Both the position numbers and the translations under genes were made by a program. A model generated the notes under the pieces. It worked only from the letters and a program-made list of their open reading frames with translations. It was not told the DNA's origin and did not search any database. DNA of 63,977 nucleotides, the filler included, from Aduncisulcus paluster (lineage: Eukaryota): the NCBI GenBank assembly GCA_024181965.1. It is 7 parts of 7 records of this genome, joined end to end, with 100 filler letters (N's around TTAATTAATTAA, not from the genome) between each part and the next. Parts side by side here need not be neighbours in the genome. Positions count along the whole stretch, not along the records: positions 42,960 to 51,781 come from BQXS01009706.1; positions 51,882 to 58,721 come from BQXS01009708.1; 5 more parts are not named here. One strand, given 5' to 3'. This document shows, one piece after another, positions 44,526-56,313 of this stretch (positions are counted from its first letter, which is position 1; each line of letters begins with the position of its first letter).

Positions 44526-44658
44526 TTTCCGGGGTCTTTATTCTAGATTGTTGGACAAAATCCCTATGTCATAGGGCCCATGAGTTGGGAAACGGAAGTC
44601 GAATGCAATGCATTCAATGTATTGTCCCGGAAAGAGATTCTCAAACGGGGTTTGAGAA
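44526..44658. ncRNA. Candidate structured RNA/DNA element between convergent genes (family unassigned)
   Basis: Nested complementary segments: TTTCCG/CGGAAA, GGACAA/TTGTCC, CCCTAT/ATAGGG, CCCA/TGGG, GAATGC/GCATTC, and TTCTCAAAC/GTTTGAGAA. Confidence 0.4.
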
Positions 44659-44728
44659 CTTTGATTTCTGAGCAAGAGAAAATATATCTAAAAACCTATA
44701 AAATCAATCTATTTGTTCTTTTCAAGCG

Positions 44729-45058
44729 TTATTTCTTGATTCCTAATAATTCAACATCAAATATGAGGGTGGAATCAGGTGGAATAGAATCGCCAGCTCC
44801 ACGGGCACCATAACCATAATCAGGATCGATTACAATCGTGGCTCTTTCACCAACACTTAATGTAAGAAAGGCTTCATCCCAACCCCTGATAACCATACCC
44901 ATTCCAACTGCAAATTCAAAAGGTTCACCACGTTTGCGGGAAGAATCGAACATCTTTCCATTGGTCAATTTCCCATCGTAATGCACAGAAACTGTATCAC
45001 CTCGCTTGGGATATCTCACGTTATCACCTTGTTTTGTTGTAATTTTTTTGTATCCCAT
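44729..45058 (-). CDS. FKBP12: FKBP12-type peptidyl-prolyl cis-trans isomerase
   Basis: VSVHYDGKLTNGKMFDSSRKRGEPFEF..G...VIRGWDE...YGYGARG..IPPDSTLIFDVELL. Confidence 0.97.
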   Translation of the reverse strand: MGYKKITTKQGDNVRYPKRGDTVSVHYDGKLTNGKMFDSSRKRGEPFEFAVGMGMVIRGWDEAFLTLSVGERATIVIDPDYGYGARGAGDSIPPDSTLIFDVELLGIKK

Positions 45059-45473
45059 TTGTAATGTGCAAGGAAAAGGCGAAAAAAATTATCTCAGGAG
45101 TTTTATCAACTAATAGGAATGAAACGCCGTCAAAATGCATAATAATTCGATATGAAAACGATTTGCTCAAATTAAATCAAATAGATTTACCGAGAATGAT
45201 GATTGGATGATCAAGCTTTTCAAATCTTCATCTTCCTATTTATTGATGGAATTAATAAAAAATATGTTTATTAATAAGTACTCTGAAATGATGATTCTGT
45301 CTCAATATCAACATTAATATCAAGATACTACCGAACGGATAAATGATTTTCCGATTGTGTTGTGATCATCTGATGAAATCTGTAAAATCGTGGTTTATTT
45401 GACTCTACTATGAAAACTGAGTTTTGTTTCAGTATTTTTACCGTCATCAAGACGATTATCAAGATTATAAACA

Positions 45474-47027
45474 ATGAGAGACTTTTCACTTTCAAATCCG
45501 AAAACAAAGGAGTTATCTTCTCCAAAAACTGAAGTTTGTACAAATGGTCCTCAAGAAAATGATGTTGTTCCCTCAGATTCACATCCTCAGAATCCTAGTA
45601 TTTCTGATTATTCTCCTACATTTCTGTCGATTATTATTGCTTATTTGGCCCTTATTCTCGCCCGATTCTTGGGTGCCGGTGTTGCAGTTATCTCTAATCA
45701 GCTCGCGGGACAAATTGATCTAATTAATATGTTGTTCTTTCGGGAGTTGTTTGGATTCCTCGCTCATATTCCTCTCTATGTGTTGAGACCATCTGCTAAT
45801 AGCAATAATAATCTAGAGGAAGAAGACACAAATAACAACGATTTATCGTTGAACCATTCATTATCTTCGATTCCTAAATCAATTCAATCTCCTCCTTGTT
45901 ACCCATCAGATAAGAAATTGAACAATGGTAGCGAGCATGTATTGTCAGGTCAACAATCTACTCATTTCAGTGGTAAAAGAGCAAGTAGTGAGGACGAATC
46001 CAGCCCCCCCTCTGAGACAGATTCTATTTTTAGAATCCCCCCGAAAGTTGTATTCCCAGTTCTTGCTGTCCTCTGTATTTCCAACACAGCCTTAATGTTC
46101 TCGTACCTATCAACGGCTGCCGAAGCCAGTGTGACTCTTTGTGGCATTGGAAATGCTGTAAGTCCTGTTCTAACAGCTGCTATGGCCATTGTTCTTGGAA
46201 AGGAACAAGGATCGTGTACCATATTTATAGCTGTCATTATCGGTGTGATTGGATCTATTATTAGTCTGGGTGACACTATATTTGGCTCATCCTCAGGATC
46301 TGGATCTGATAACTCTTCTTCAACCCTTGGTCTGCTTTCCCTTGTTTCCTACGTTCTTTTCAGTGTTCTTTACTTCCTTTTCAGCCCATCTATCTATTCT
46401 AAAGCCAAGATACACCCCTTTGAGGTCATGTTCTGGGTATATGGTGTTGGCGTTATTCTCTCTCTTGCAACAGTGCTTGTTTTTACTCGTGACACCTTTT
46501 TTGTTCAGTGTAGATCGTTTGGATGGCAACAATGGTCGTTATTGTTTGGAATGGGTGCATTGGGAACCACTGGCCTTTGGGGTGCAACAGCTTATGCCTC
46601 CGCTGTGCTTCGTTCCCCAACAATCGTCCATGCATTTTCCATGCTCAGTGTTATTGTGAACATGGTCAGTGGAATATTGCTTGCTAACGAGACTCCTTCA
46701 ATGTGGGAGATTGGTGGTGGTATTCTTGTGATGCTTGGTGTAGGTTTTCTTATTATTGGAAAGGCTAATCCCAATAAGAAGAATACGAAGAACAAGATTA
46801 ATGTTAATGATGATAGTATTGATAGTGGAATTGCATCAACTCATAAACAACAACAATCATGTCAGCCTGCTACTGCTCAGCATCAGCATCCTTCTGTCAT
46901 CATCTCTTTTAGTTATGAAGATACTGCTGAACCATCGAGCAGTAAGAATCACTCTTCTCATCAAGGCCATGGTCTTGTTCATATTGCTTGCTTCGACGTT
47001 ACATCATCACTTTCTCAGCCTGTTTGA
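45474..47027 (+). CDS. Drug/metabolite transporter (EamA/DMT) superfamily membrane protein
   Basis: About 10 hydrophobic helices; motifs FFRELFG, SPVLTA.MAIVLGKE and LLANETPS.WEIGGGILVMLGV. Confidence 0.85.
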   Translation: MRDFSLSNPKTKELSSPKTEVCTNGPQENDVVPSDSHPQNPSISDYSPTFLSIIIAYLALILARFLGAGVAVISNQLAGQIDLINMLFFRELFGFLAHIPLYVLRPSANSNNNLEEEDTNNNDLSLNHSLSSIPKSIQSPPCYPSDKKLNNGSEHVLSGQQSTHFSGKRASSEDESSPPSETDSIFRIPPKVVFPVLAVLCISNTALMFSYLSTAAEASVTLCGIGNAVSPVLTAAMAIVLGKEQGSCTIFIAVIIGVIGSIISLGDTIFGSSSGSGSDNSSSTLGLLSLVSYVLFSVLYFLFSPSIYSKAKIHPFEVMFWVYGVGVILSLATVLVFTRDTFFVQCRSFGWQQWSLLFGMGALGTTGLWGATAYASAVLRSPTIVHAFSMLSVIVNMVSGILLANETPSMWEIGGGILVMLGVGFLIIGKANPNKKNTKNKINVNDDSIDSGIASTHKQQQSCQPATAQHQHPSVIISFSYEDTAEPSSSKNHSSHQGHGLVHIACFDVTSSLSQPV

Positions 47028-47910
47028 TCTAGTCTCTATTTAGAGTCTAAACTTTAGAGTCGAATTATTATTATATTCTACTCAAGAATGATTCAAGTTC
47101 AAGAATAATTGTGAATTTATATTTATTTATCGATATTTTTGATTTATATTATTCATCAATCTGCTTTAGACACTTAAGAATACATGTACAATATCGTTGA
47201 GCAGCACACTGAAGAGTATTTTTGACATTATGACAGAGAATATACATTTTGTTGCTGCAGAAGTGACTTGTGCCAAATATACAATTTCAATGATCAAGCT
47301 GATCAGCAACAATTGTTGATTGAATCAACTTGATTCAACAACGTTGACGCTTGATTCAAGTTGATCTAAATCTCAATAAATCCTTAAAAATTTAAACTTT
47401 TAATATATAAAATTGATCAGATCCTCAGAGAATCAGGCACTGGGTGCTAATGGATGATCCGTTCCAGCCTGGAATCTGAGATTGTCTGCATATTGGTGTA
47501 AAAAGGTGAGAATCAATCCTTGTCAATTCGTGCTACAATTCTACTTGAACACAATTCAAAATTGGTAATAAATATCATTCGAAATGCTAAAACTGTGACG
47601 AGTTTGAATCCACTGGATTTCCTGGCAGGATAAAATAGAAAAAGCACCTAAATCGATGAATCTTCACCTAATAACTCATGAAATCGAGAGTTTAATAACG
47701 ATAACAAAAACACATGCAGCTGAAATTTGTAATAACTTACCAAATAACCATATCATATTTAGGACTGAAAACAGGGGCAATATAAAAGGATTTAGGAACA
47801 TTATCATTCATACTGTACTATTCTGTACTGTACTATTCATCTTTGGCAGTATGAGTTACTATTTCTTCATGTTAGCTTTGATAGATGAAATATGACATAT
47901 TCCAAAGCCA

Positions 47911-49152
47911 AGGAACACAGAGCGGAAATCTCAGTATTAAATGTATCAGATGATCATGATCGGGCATTGGAGCGTTGGAGTTGGATTTGGAGTTGGAGTT
48001 GGATTTGACTGCGGGGAAATGTCATGTTCCATGAAGCATCAGGGGATTAGATTCGTAGCAGTATACAGACATATGTATACAGACATATGTATACCATCAT
48101 ATTCCGAGTTCTTGATATTTTTGATTGTAAGCAAAAGCAAGTGAAAATGAAACAGAAAGGCAAGGATAAGGATAGAAATGAAATGGAAATATATCCATGT
48201 TATTGAATAGCATTGAAATCGTTCATAAATGTTCTTAACATGTGAAATGGAACTATATCCAGTCCCGATGGGTTCTCCAAAAGCCTGAGATATCGAGAAT
48301 AAACACCATGGCATGGAAATGAAAATAAAACATGTTTTTATCATTTACCAGCATTTAACTCGTTTATATGTGTTTTTTTTTTTTTAATTTTCCAATCTTA
48401 TCTATTGAAGGGTTGCTTGTTCAGTCCATTTTTTCGATTTCTTGACAAACAAGCAAATTGTATGTTTACTATATGTTGCGTCTTTTATTAAATGTATATT
48501 AAGAAATATTTTAATTGGATTCATTCAATTATACAGGAACACAGAGCGGAAATCTCAGTATTAAATGTATCAGATGATCATGATCGGGCATTGGAGCGTT
48601 GGAGTTGGATTTGGAGTTGGAGTTGGATTTGACTGCGGGGAAATGTCATGTTCCATGAAGCATCAGGGGATTAGATTCGTAGCAGTATACAGACATATGT
48701 ATACAGACATATGTATACCATCATATTCCGAGTTCTTGATATTTTTGATTGTAAGCAAAAGCAAGTGAAAATGAAACAGAAAGGCAAGGATAAGGATAGA
48801 AATGAAATGGAAATATATCCATGTTATTGAATAGCATTGAAATCGTTCATAAATGTTCTTAACATGTGAAATGGAACTATATCCAGTCCCGATGGGTTCT
48901 CCAAAAGCCTGAGATATCGAGAATAAACACCATGGCATGGAAATGAAAATAAAACATGTTTTTATCATTTACCAGCATTTAACTCGTTTATATGTGTTTT
49001 TTTAATTTTCCAATCTTATCTATTGAAGGGTTGCTTGTTCAGTCCATTTTTTCGATTTCTTGACAAACAAGCAAATTGTATGTTTACTATATGTTGCGTC
49101 TTTTATTAAATGTATATTAAGAAATATTTTAATTGGATTCATTCAATTATAC
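47911..49152. repeat. Tandem duplication of a ~624-bp non-coding upstream region of the repeat-family genes
   Basis: 47911-48534 and 48535-49152 are near-identical (poly-T length differs). The 3' part is also homologous to 42960-43295. Confidence 0.9.
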
Positions 49153-49300
49153 TAACTATATTGTGCTGTGTGGTCGTTTCTTGTTCGTTTTGTCTTTGTT
49201 TCTCGGACTATTCTCCTTGAAATTCGCAATTATTCTGGTTGTTCACAAATACTATTATTATTATGCTTGTTTTTAGAAAAGATATTCTATCTCTATTCAA

Positions 49301-51781
49301 ATGAGTTCATCCACAGATGCTGTTATTCAAACTGTGAAACCTGAGTTTATTCACGAAGGAAATTACCCTTGCTGTCCAATTCCTGGAGATGCCCCCAATA
49401 TTAAGAGTGCAGCATTTCCAACTATCAAAGCAATAGATGGAACCAAGGGAAGAGGTGGATGTGAGTACGATCAGAGTTCTGAAGCACAAGATATGATGAA
49501 AGGAGAGGCCAATATTGGACATTTTACCCATATCTCCATTCCTTTCTCTTCGTCTTCCCCAATGAAAGGTACTTATATCTGTCTATATGGTGACTCTTTA
49601 TCTCCATCACATATTATCTTCACTCTCACATCTTCAAAGGGTGATAAAACGTTGAAGAAATACGAGTTTCCTGGATTTAAAGGTTGGCATTGGTATTTCC
49701 TTCATGTTGATCTCCCTGATGTTGTTCTGTGTGAGATTACAGGGAAAGGAAGAGAGGAAGAGTGTTTTAATATCCGATTAAAGAAAGACAGAGTGTTTTA
49801 ATATCCTTTCCCTTGTTTTCATTAGTAGAGAAGAAACTTTTGAAGAAACCTTGTCTCGTGAAGTCAAAGAGAAACTATGGTCTGAAGCTCCAGTTGTGAA
49901 ACCAGAGTTTGTTAAGGAAGGAGGTAGAAAATCTATTCCCATTCCACGAGATGATCCAAAGCTTGTAAATCCTTCGTTCTCAATGATTAAGTGCAAGGAT
50001 GATGCGTATAGTAAGGAATCTGAGAAGTATGATCAGAGTTCAAGAGCACAAAAAATGTTAAAAGGGGAAAATGGTGTATGTTTATCCCATCTATCCGTTC
50101 CTTTCCCATCACCTAGTCCAATGAAAGGTGCTTATATCTGTGTGGATGATGATTATAGTTCTCCCTCTCTTCTCTTCACTTTCACTGATTGTGATGGTAA
50201 GAAGATAAACAAAAAGTATGAATTCACAAGACCTGAATATTACCTTGAATGGTATTTCCTTCCTATTGACTTGAATAACGTTGTATTGTGTGAGATTGAA
50301 GGGAAAGGAAGGTGGAATGATGAGAAAAGTCGATATTTCTGCATCTACTCCCTTGTTTTCCTTCGAGGTGATGATATTCCCACTTCTCCTCCTCTTCTTA
50401 CTCCTGTTCCTGTTTCTTCCAGTTCCTCCAAGACACCCACATCAACTTTGTCTTTGCCATCAAAACCTGTGAAAGAAGAAAAAGAAGAAGTTGTTATTAA
50501 AGGAAATGATAAGGATCCAAGACCAAAAGACACCAAACAGAAGAAACATAATGATAAAGTGAGCGCCGTAGAACCCACAGTATCTGCTGAAGGAAACAAA
50601 TTTATTATGGTTGATAAGAGCGAACTCATCTTCCCTGGTATGTTCCACAATTCAGTTTTCGACATTTTTTTTATAATTTCTTTAGAGTTTTTGTACTCAT
50701 TTTAATATATTTTGATTTAGTTACCAGTGAAAAACAGACATCTTCATTTAGAATTACAAATGTTTCCCCTAATGCCCTTATCTACAAAGTCAGGACCAAC
50801 AAACCAAAAGATTTTTCTGTTGCCAAACATTTTAACGTAATACAGCCACATTCAACCGCTGAGGTTCAAGTTTTCCTTTCAAATGGTATCGAATTGAGCA
50901 AGTCTCCAAAGGTTCCAAAGTTTCAAGTTATTGCGGCTACCCTCACTGAAATGCAATCTGCTATAATCACAGAATGCCAGGATGAGGCAGAAAAACTAAT
51001 CCTTATGTGTGATATCATTGATCAGCAACCTTCTAGTACCAAGAGTGATGAGAGGATTTTGGTGCGTTTTGATGGTGAACATACTGCCCATCTATCTGGA
51101 ACAGCCTTTGAAGTGGATAGATCTGGAGATGCGCAGGAAGAACATGATTTGAAAGGTGAATTAGAGCAGGCCATTAAGGAGAAGCAACAAAAAATTACAG
51201 AAACGGATAAAAAGAAACATAACCCCAAGGATGGCAAGCCCAAGTATAACCCCAAGTACGACTCGCTAACCCTGACATCTGCATCCACGCTGACTTCACA
51301 GTGCATCATTGGCAGTGGTGGGTTCGGAGAGGTTCTTCTTGTTCTTATTGATGGCATTCCTTTCCCATGTGTTCTGAAGAAGATGCTTCGGATTGCGGAC
51401 AAAACTGTTGTGAAAGGGTGTCGGAAGGAGTTTAAAGTGCAACTCAAGTTGTTTAACAATCCCAAATGTTTCAACCGTATCCCACGTCCTCTGTATATCC
51501 TTGACCTGCTTGATTGCGATATGAAAGGTGTGTATGGCTTCCTGATGGAGTTCTGTGTTGGAGGCAGTGTGAGTGCGTTTGCCAAGCGTTGGTGTGCTGA
51601 TGGCAAGTATGTGAGTGTTGATGATACTGCTGATGATAGTGAACCCTCAGACTCAGACTCAGACTCAGACCTAGACTCAGACCCAGACTCGTCCTCAAGC
51701 TCTGGCTCTGGCTCTGAGAGTGCCGATGTTGACACTGCTGTGCCTAACTTTGACGCCATGACACTGAACCCTGTGAAAGTG
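49301..51781 (+). CDS. Repeat-family x2 + MSP (VAP-type) domain + protein kinase fusion; one frameshift, one intron, 3' truncated
   Basis: ORFs 49301, 49851 and 50894 join after removing a 31-nt insertion and intron 50638-50720. MSP motif FRITNVSPNALIYKVRTNKPKDFSV; kinase motifs IGSGGFGEV, VLKK, KEF, MEFCVGGS. Confidence 0.8.
50638..50720 (+). other. Spliceosomal intron (83 nt, GTATGT...TTAG)
   Basis: CCT G|GTATGT...TTTAG|TT ACC restores IFPVTSEK and links into the MSP/kinase frame. Confidence 0.85.
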
Positions 51782-51881
51782 NNNNNNNNNNNNNNNNNNN
51801 NNNNNNNNNNNNNNNNNNNNNNNNNTTAATTAATTAANNNNNNNNNNNNNNNNNNNNNNNNNNNNNNNNNNNNNNNNNNNN
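51782..51881. other. Artificial contig-joining linker
   Basis: N44-TTAATTAATTAA-N44. Confidence 0.98.
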
Positions 51882-51948
51882 TCATTTGCTCAATAAAAAG
51901 CCAGAATTTGAAGCATTTGATACAGATTTAATCTTTAAAATTTAATCT

Positions 51949-54900
51949 TTAAATACATTTATCAAGCTGCCCCTGAAGTTCAGTCTCTCTCAATTTGAGA
52001 TTTGAAATCTCACGTTGCAGAGCTCTATTTTTGTTTTTCAAAGTAATACAAGAATCGGTCAAATTATCCAATGATCTTTGGATAGATTCCTTCTCATTTG
52101 TGAGATCACCGACTTTCTTCTCAAGCCTGGCTATAATTGGATGATCTTTGGCAAGGATTTTATCACGTTTGTCCTCAGATTTCCTTAATTGTTCCAACTG
52201 AAGATACACGCGTCTATATTTAGCTTCCTCGGTGGCCAATCTATTTTTAATCTCTCGATTCTGTTTTTCTGTCAATAATAAACGACCTTTCAATGCAACT
52301 TCTGAACTCTGAAGCGCACTAATAGTTGTTTGACTTTCTTCTCAAGCCTGGCTATAATTGGATGATCTTTGGCAAGGATTTTATCACGTTTGTCCTCAGA
52401 TTTCCTTAATTGTTCCAACTGAAGATACACGCGTCTATATTTAGCTTCCTCGGTGGCCAATCTATTTTTAATCTCTCGATTCTGTTTTTCTGTCAATAAT
52501 AAACGACCTTTCAATGCAACTTCTGAACTCTGAAGCGCACTAATAGTTGTTTGAGCTTTCTTCTCACGTGTTTTTACAAGCTGGAGTTCCTTCACAACAG
52601 CATTGACTTTCCTATTCCACTCAGCTTCAGCTCTAACTCTTCTCATGGATTCTGATTCTTCTCCTTTCAGACCAGAAGTAACACGTAATGAAGACCTACG
52701 ACCTCCACTTGGTCCTCCACTTAATCCCATAGCTGACCGATCAATACCAATACCAGTACGATCGCCGCTAGCTGCAACCATTTTAGCAGAAGTAGAGAAA
52801 GAAGGGGCAGATCCAAATACTCCAGTACAGTTAGACACGACTGTACTAGGTTTAGATTTCCCAGTCAACTCTCTCAAACGACCCCTCAGCCTTTCAACCT
52901 CTCCCCAAAGTTCTTTAATACGTCCAAGCAAATGTTTTCTCTGTATCACAGCAAGCGATAGAACTTCCTTAAGATGGCTATTCTCACCCTCAAGATGATG
53001 TTTCCTTTGAGCTTCTTTATGCTCTCTCTCTTTCATCTTAGTCTCCATCTCAGCAACTATAGCGTGAAGTTTCTTTAAGTTATGACTGTGATCCTCTTCT
53101 CGTTGCTGGAAGTCAGCTTTGAGAGAACTGTAGACGGCAATGTAATCTCCATGCGTAAAGTGGGGGAGATCATACAATGGATGTTGGTATTGTTGTTTGG
53201 GCAAGGAAGAGGAAGAAGAGGAAGAGGAAGAGGAAGAGGAAGAAGAGCTACCTGAAGAGCTACCTGAAGAGCTACTTGAAGAGCTACCTGAAGTTGCAGA
53301 TGTATGAGTATTCTTGGATACAGCAAGTGTTAACATAGTTTGCAAGTCACGTTTCTCTTTCTCTCTTTCTTCCAAAAGAAGATCCATTTCTCCACTTATC
53401 CTCTCATTTTCACGTGTCAATGTTTCTACTTCATGCTGCAATACATTACTCTTCATCGAGAATTCTTTCTCATTTCTTTGATGGTGCCTTGCATATTGGC
53501 ATTGGATAGAGATTAATTCTTCGTTTAACTCGTCATAATGTTTCTTGGAGAGCTCTAATTGAGACTTTAAAGTGTGAATCTCAGCTTCTTTCTCAAGTTC
53601 TTGGGCCCTGAGCATGTGTGTGAGTTCTTCTTTGTCTTCTCCAAGCTGTATGAGTTGGTTCCTTAAAGATTCAGCCTCAGAAAGAGAGATTAATAGTTCA
53701 GAAGGTCTCTTTGAAGTTTCCTTTCCTTGTTCTCCTTGTTCTCCTTGTTCTCTGATTGGAATAGGTTGAACAGAAATAACCTCTTCCTCCTCTTCTTCTT
53801 GTTCTTTTCCTTCTTGTTCTTCTCCTTCTTGTTCTTTCCCTCTCTCTTCTCTCTCTCTCTCTTCTCTCTCTCTCTCTTCTCTCTTCTCTCTCTCTCTCTC
53901 TTCTTGCATTCTTTCTTCTCTTTCTCTCTTCTCGGCATCAGTTAGTAACTCAAATGCAGTCAAATTCTTTTGTAATTCGGCCATTTGAACATTAAATTCT
54001 TTTTCTTTCTCTCGTAAAATAATCTTTTCTTCCTCCAACGTTGTTTTAGCCACACTAAGTAATTTCCTCTCTCTTTCTTGCAGAGCTTCTTGCAAAGCTA
54101 AGTTCTCTTCTCGATCACGATACTCTGCTTGTTTGGCATCAAGATTACACAATAGACGTGAAACTTCTTCTTTTTGGGCAAAAATGTCACCCAATTTCTT
54201 GTCTAATTTCTTCTCTTGTTCGTCAGTAGTTTCTTGATCTACTTGAATAGTTACAACCGTGTCTTGGAGGTCACTCACTCTCTTAGATAAAGCAGAAACA
54301 CGTTCAATCAGAGACTGTTTGGAAAGGGATTCAAGGTTTTCCACATGTATTATGGGTTCAAGAAGATCCTTAACATTATCAGTTGGCTCCATTGAAGCGT
54401 GTTGCGTTGAAGCTTGTTCTTCTTCTTGTTCTCGTTCTTCTTCTTTTTGCTGAATGTCTTCTTCCTTCATCACCTCTTCCTCTTCTTCTTCCTCTTCCTC
54501 TTCTTGTTCTTCCTCTTCTTGCTCTCTTCTCTTCCTTTCTTCTTCCTCTTCTTGCTCTTTCTTCTTCCTTTCTTCTTCCTCTTCTTGTTCTCTCTTCTTC
54601 CTCTCTTCTTCTTCTTCTTGCTCTTTCTCTTTCTCTTTTGCAGCAGCCAGAGCAAGGGCAAAAGCTTCTTGTTCAGCTCTAAAACCCTTCATTTCTTCTT
54701 CAAATACACGCTTTTTAGCAGTAAATTCATTAATATCCGTTTCCAACTCTGTTCTTTCATCTTTCAATCGTTGTATATCCTCTTCAAGCTTGGCAACAGC
54801 TTCTTTCAGAGCAAGGTCACGAGAATCAAGTTCATGTTTATCCTTGGCAAGTTCATGTTTGTCCTTGGCAAGTTCTCTTTGTGCTTCTTCAAGTTCTTGT

Positions 54901-56313
54901 TGATCTTTGATAAACTTTTCGCGTGCAACGGGGTCGAAAAATGAAGGACCATCGCTTTCTTCTTCTTTTTTAAATAAATTATCACGCTCTTCCTGGGCTT
55001 CTTTCATTCTTTGTTCTCTTTCTTCTTCTTCCTTTTGCATCCTTAGTTCTCTTTCTTCTTCTTCTTTTCGCATCCGATCCTGGCGTTCTTCTTCTTCTTT
55101 TCGCATCCGATCTTGACGCTCTTCTTCTTCTTTTCGCAATCTCAATTTCAACTCTTCTTCTTCCTTTGCAATCCTGGCTTGGAGTTCCTCTTCAGCTTTC
55201 TTGAAACGGACTTCACGTTCTTCTTCTTCTCTTGCAACCTTAGCCTGGCGTTCTTCTTCTTTGCTCTCGATCTCTTCCTCTTTCTCTTTCTTCTTCTTCT
55301 TTTCGCATCCGATCCTGGCGTTCTTCTTCTTCTTTTCGCATCCGATCTTGACGCTCTTCTTCTTCTTTTCGCAATCTCAATTTCAACTCTTCTTCTTCCT
55401 TTGCAATCCTGGCTTGGAGTTCCTCTTCAGCTTTCTTGAAACGGACTTCAAGTTCTTGTTGATCTTTGATAAACTTTTCGCGTGCAACGGGGTCGAAAAA
55501 TGAAGGACCATCGCTTTCTTCTTCTTTTTTAAATAAATTATCACGCTCTTCCTGGGCTTCTTTCATTCTTTGTTCTCTTTCTTCTTCTTCCTTTTGCATC
55601 CTTAGTTCTCTTTCTTCTTCTTCTTTTCGCATCCGATCCTGGCGTTCTTCTTCTTTTCGCATCCGATCTTGACGCTCTTCTTCTTCTTTTCGCAATCTCA
55701 ATTTCAACTCTTCTTCTTCCTTTGCAATCCTGGCTTGGAGTTCCTCTTCAGCTTTCTTGAAACGGACTTCACGTTCTTCTTCTTCTCTTGCAACCTTAGC
55801 CTGGCGTTCTTCTTCTTTGCTCTCGATCTCTTCCTCTTTCTGTTGTTTGAGAGAGATGATATCTTCTTGAAGGGCAGCTCTAATGGACTCTAAAGTCTGT
55901 ATTGTCAGTTCAGAAGTTGAAAGAGAATCTTTGCACTGAGAAAGTTCAGCCTTAAGGGAAGATAGTTCAGTATCACGAGAATCAATGTCTGTACTAAGAG
56001 AGGAAATGCGTTCTTCTGCTTTGGAGCATTTAGAATGAGAGATTTCAAGTGATTTTTGAGCTAACTTACTGATATTTTCAATTCGGGATGAAAGTTGAGT
56101 TGATTCTATTTTTTTATCAATACCAGCTAATATTTCTTCCGATTCATCTGGAAATATCCGAATAATTTCCTTTTGAAGATTGTCCACGGCAATATCAGCA
56201 TCTTTATAGAAAGATTGAAGATTGGGAATTACAAGCTCCATAAATTGCTCTTTTTCTGCAGGAGAACTATCAGTTGCATTGGGAAATGTGGTTATTAAAT
56301 CAAATTCTTCCAT
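51949..56313 (-). CDS. Large coiled-coil, glutamate-rich protein split into three ORFs by local duplications
   Basis: ORFs 55240-56313, 52290-55151 and 51949-52293 share identical duplicated blocks at their junctions; ATG at 56313. Confidence 0.75.

Noticed and set aside
44553-44654. RNase MRP/P assignment via AAA-T-CCCT / GGGGTTT P4-like pairing
   Set aside because: The conserved GAA context is missing, the spacing is short, and both strands have stronger local hairpins; kept only as an unassigned structured element.
52111-55840. Programmed frameshifts between the three coiled-coil ORFs
   Set aside because: Each frame break coincides with an exact local duplication, indicating assembly error rather than recoding.
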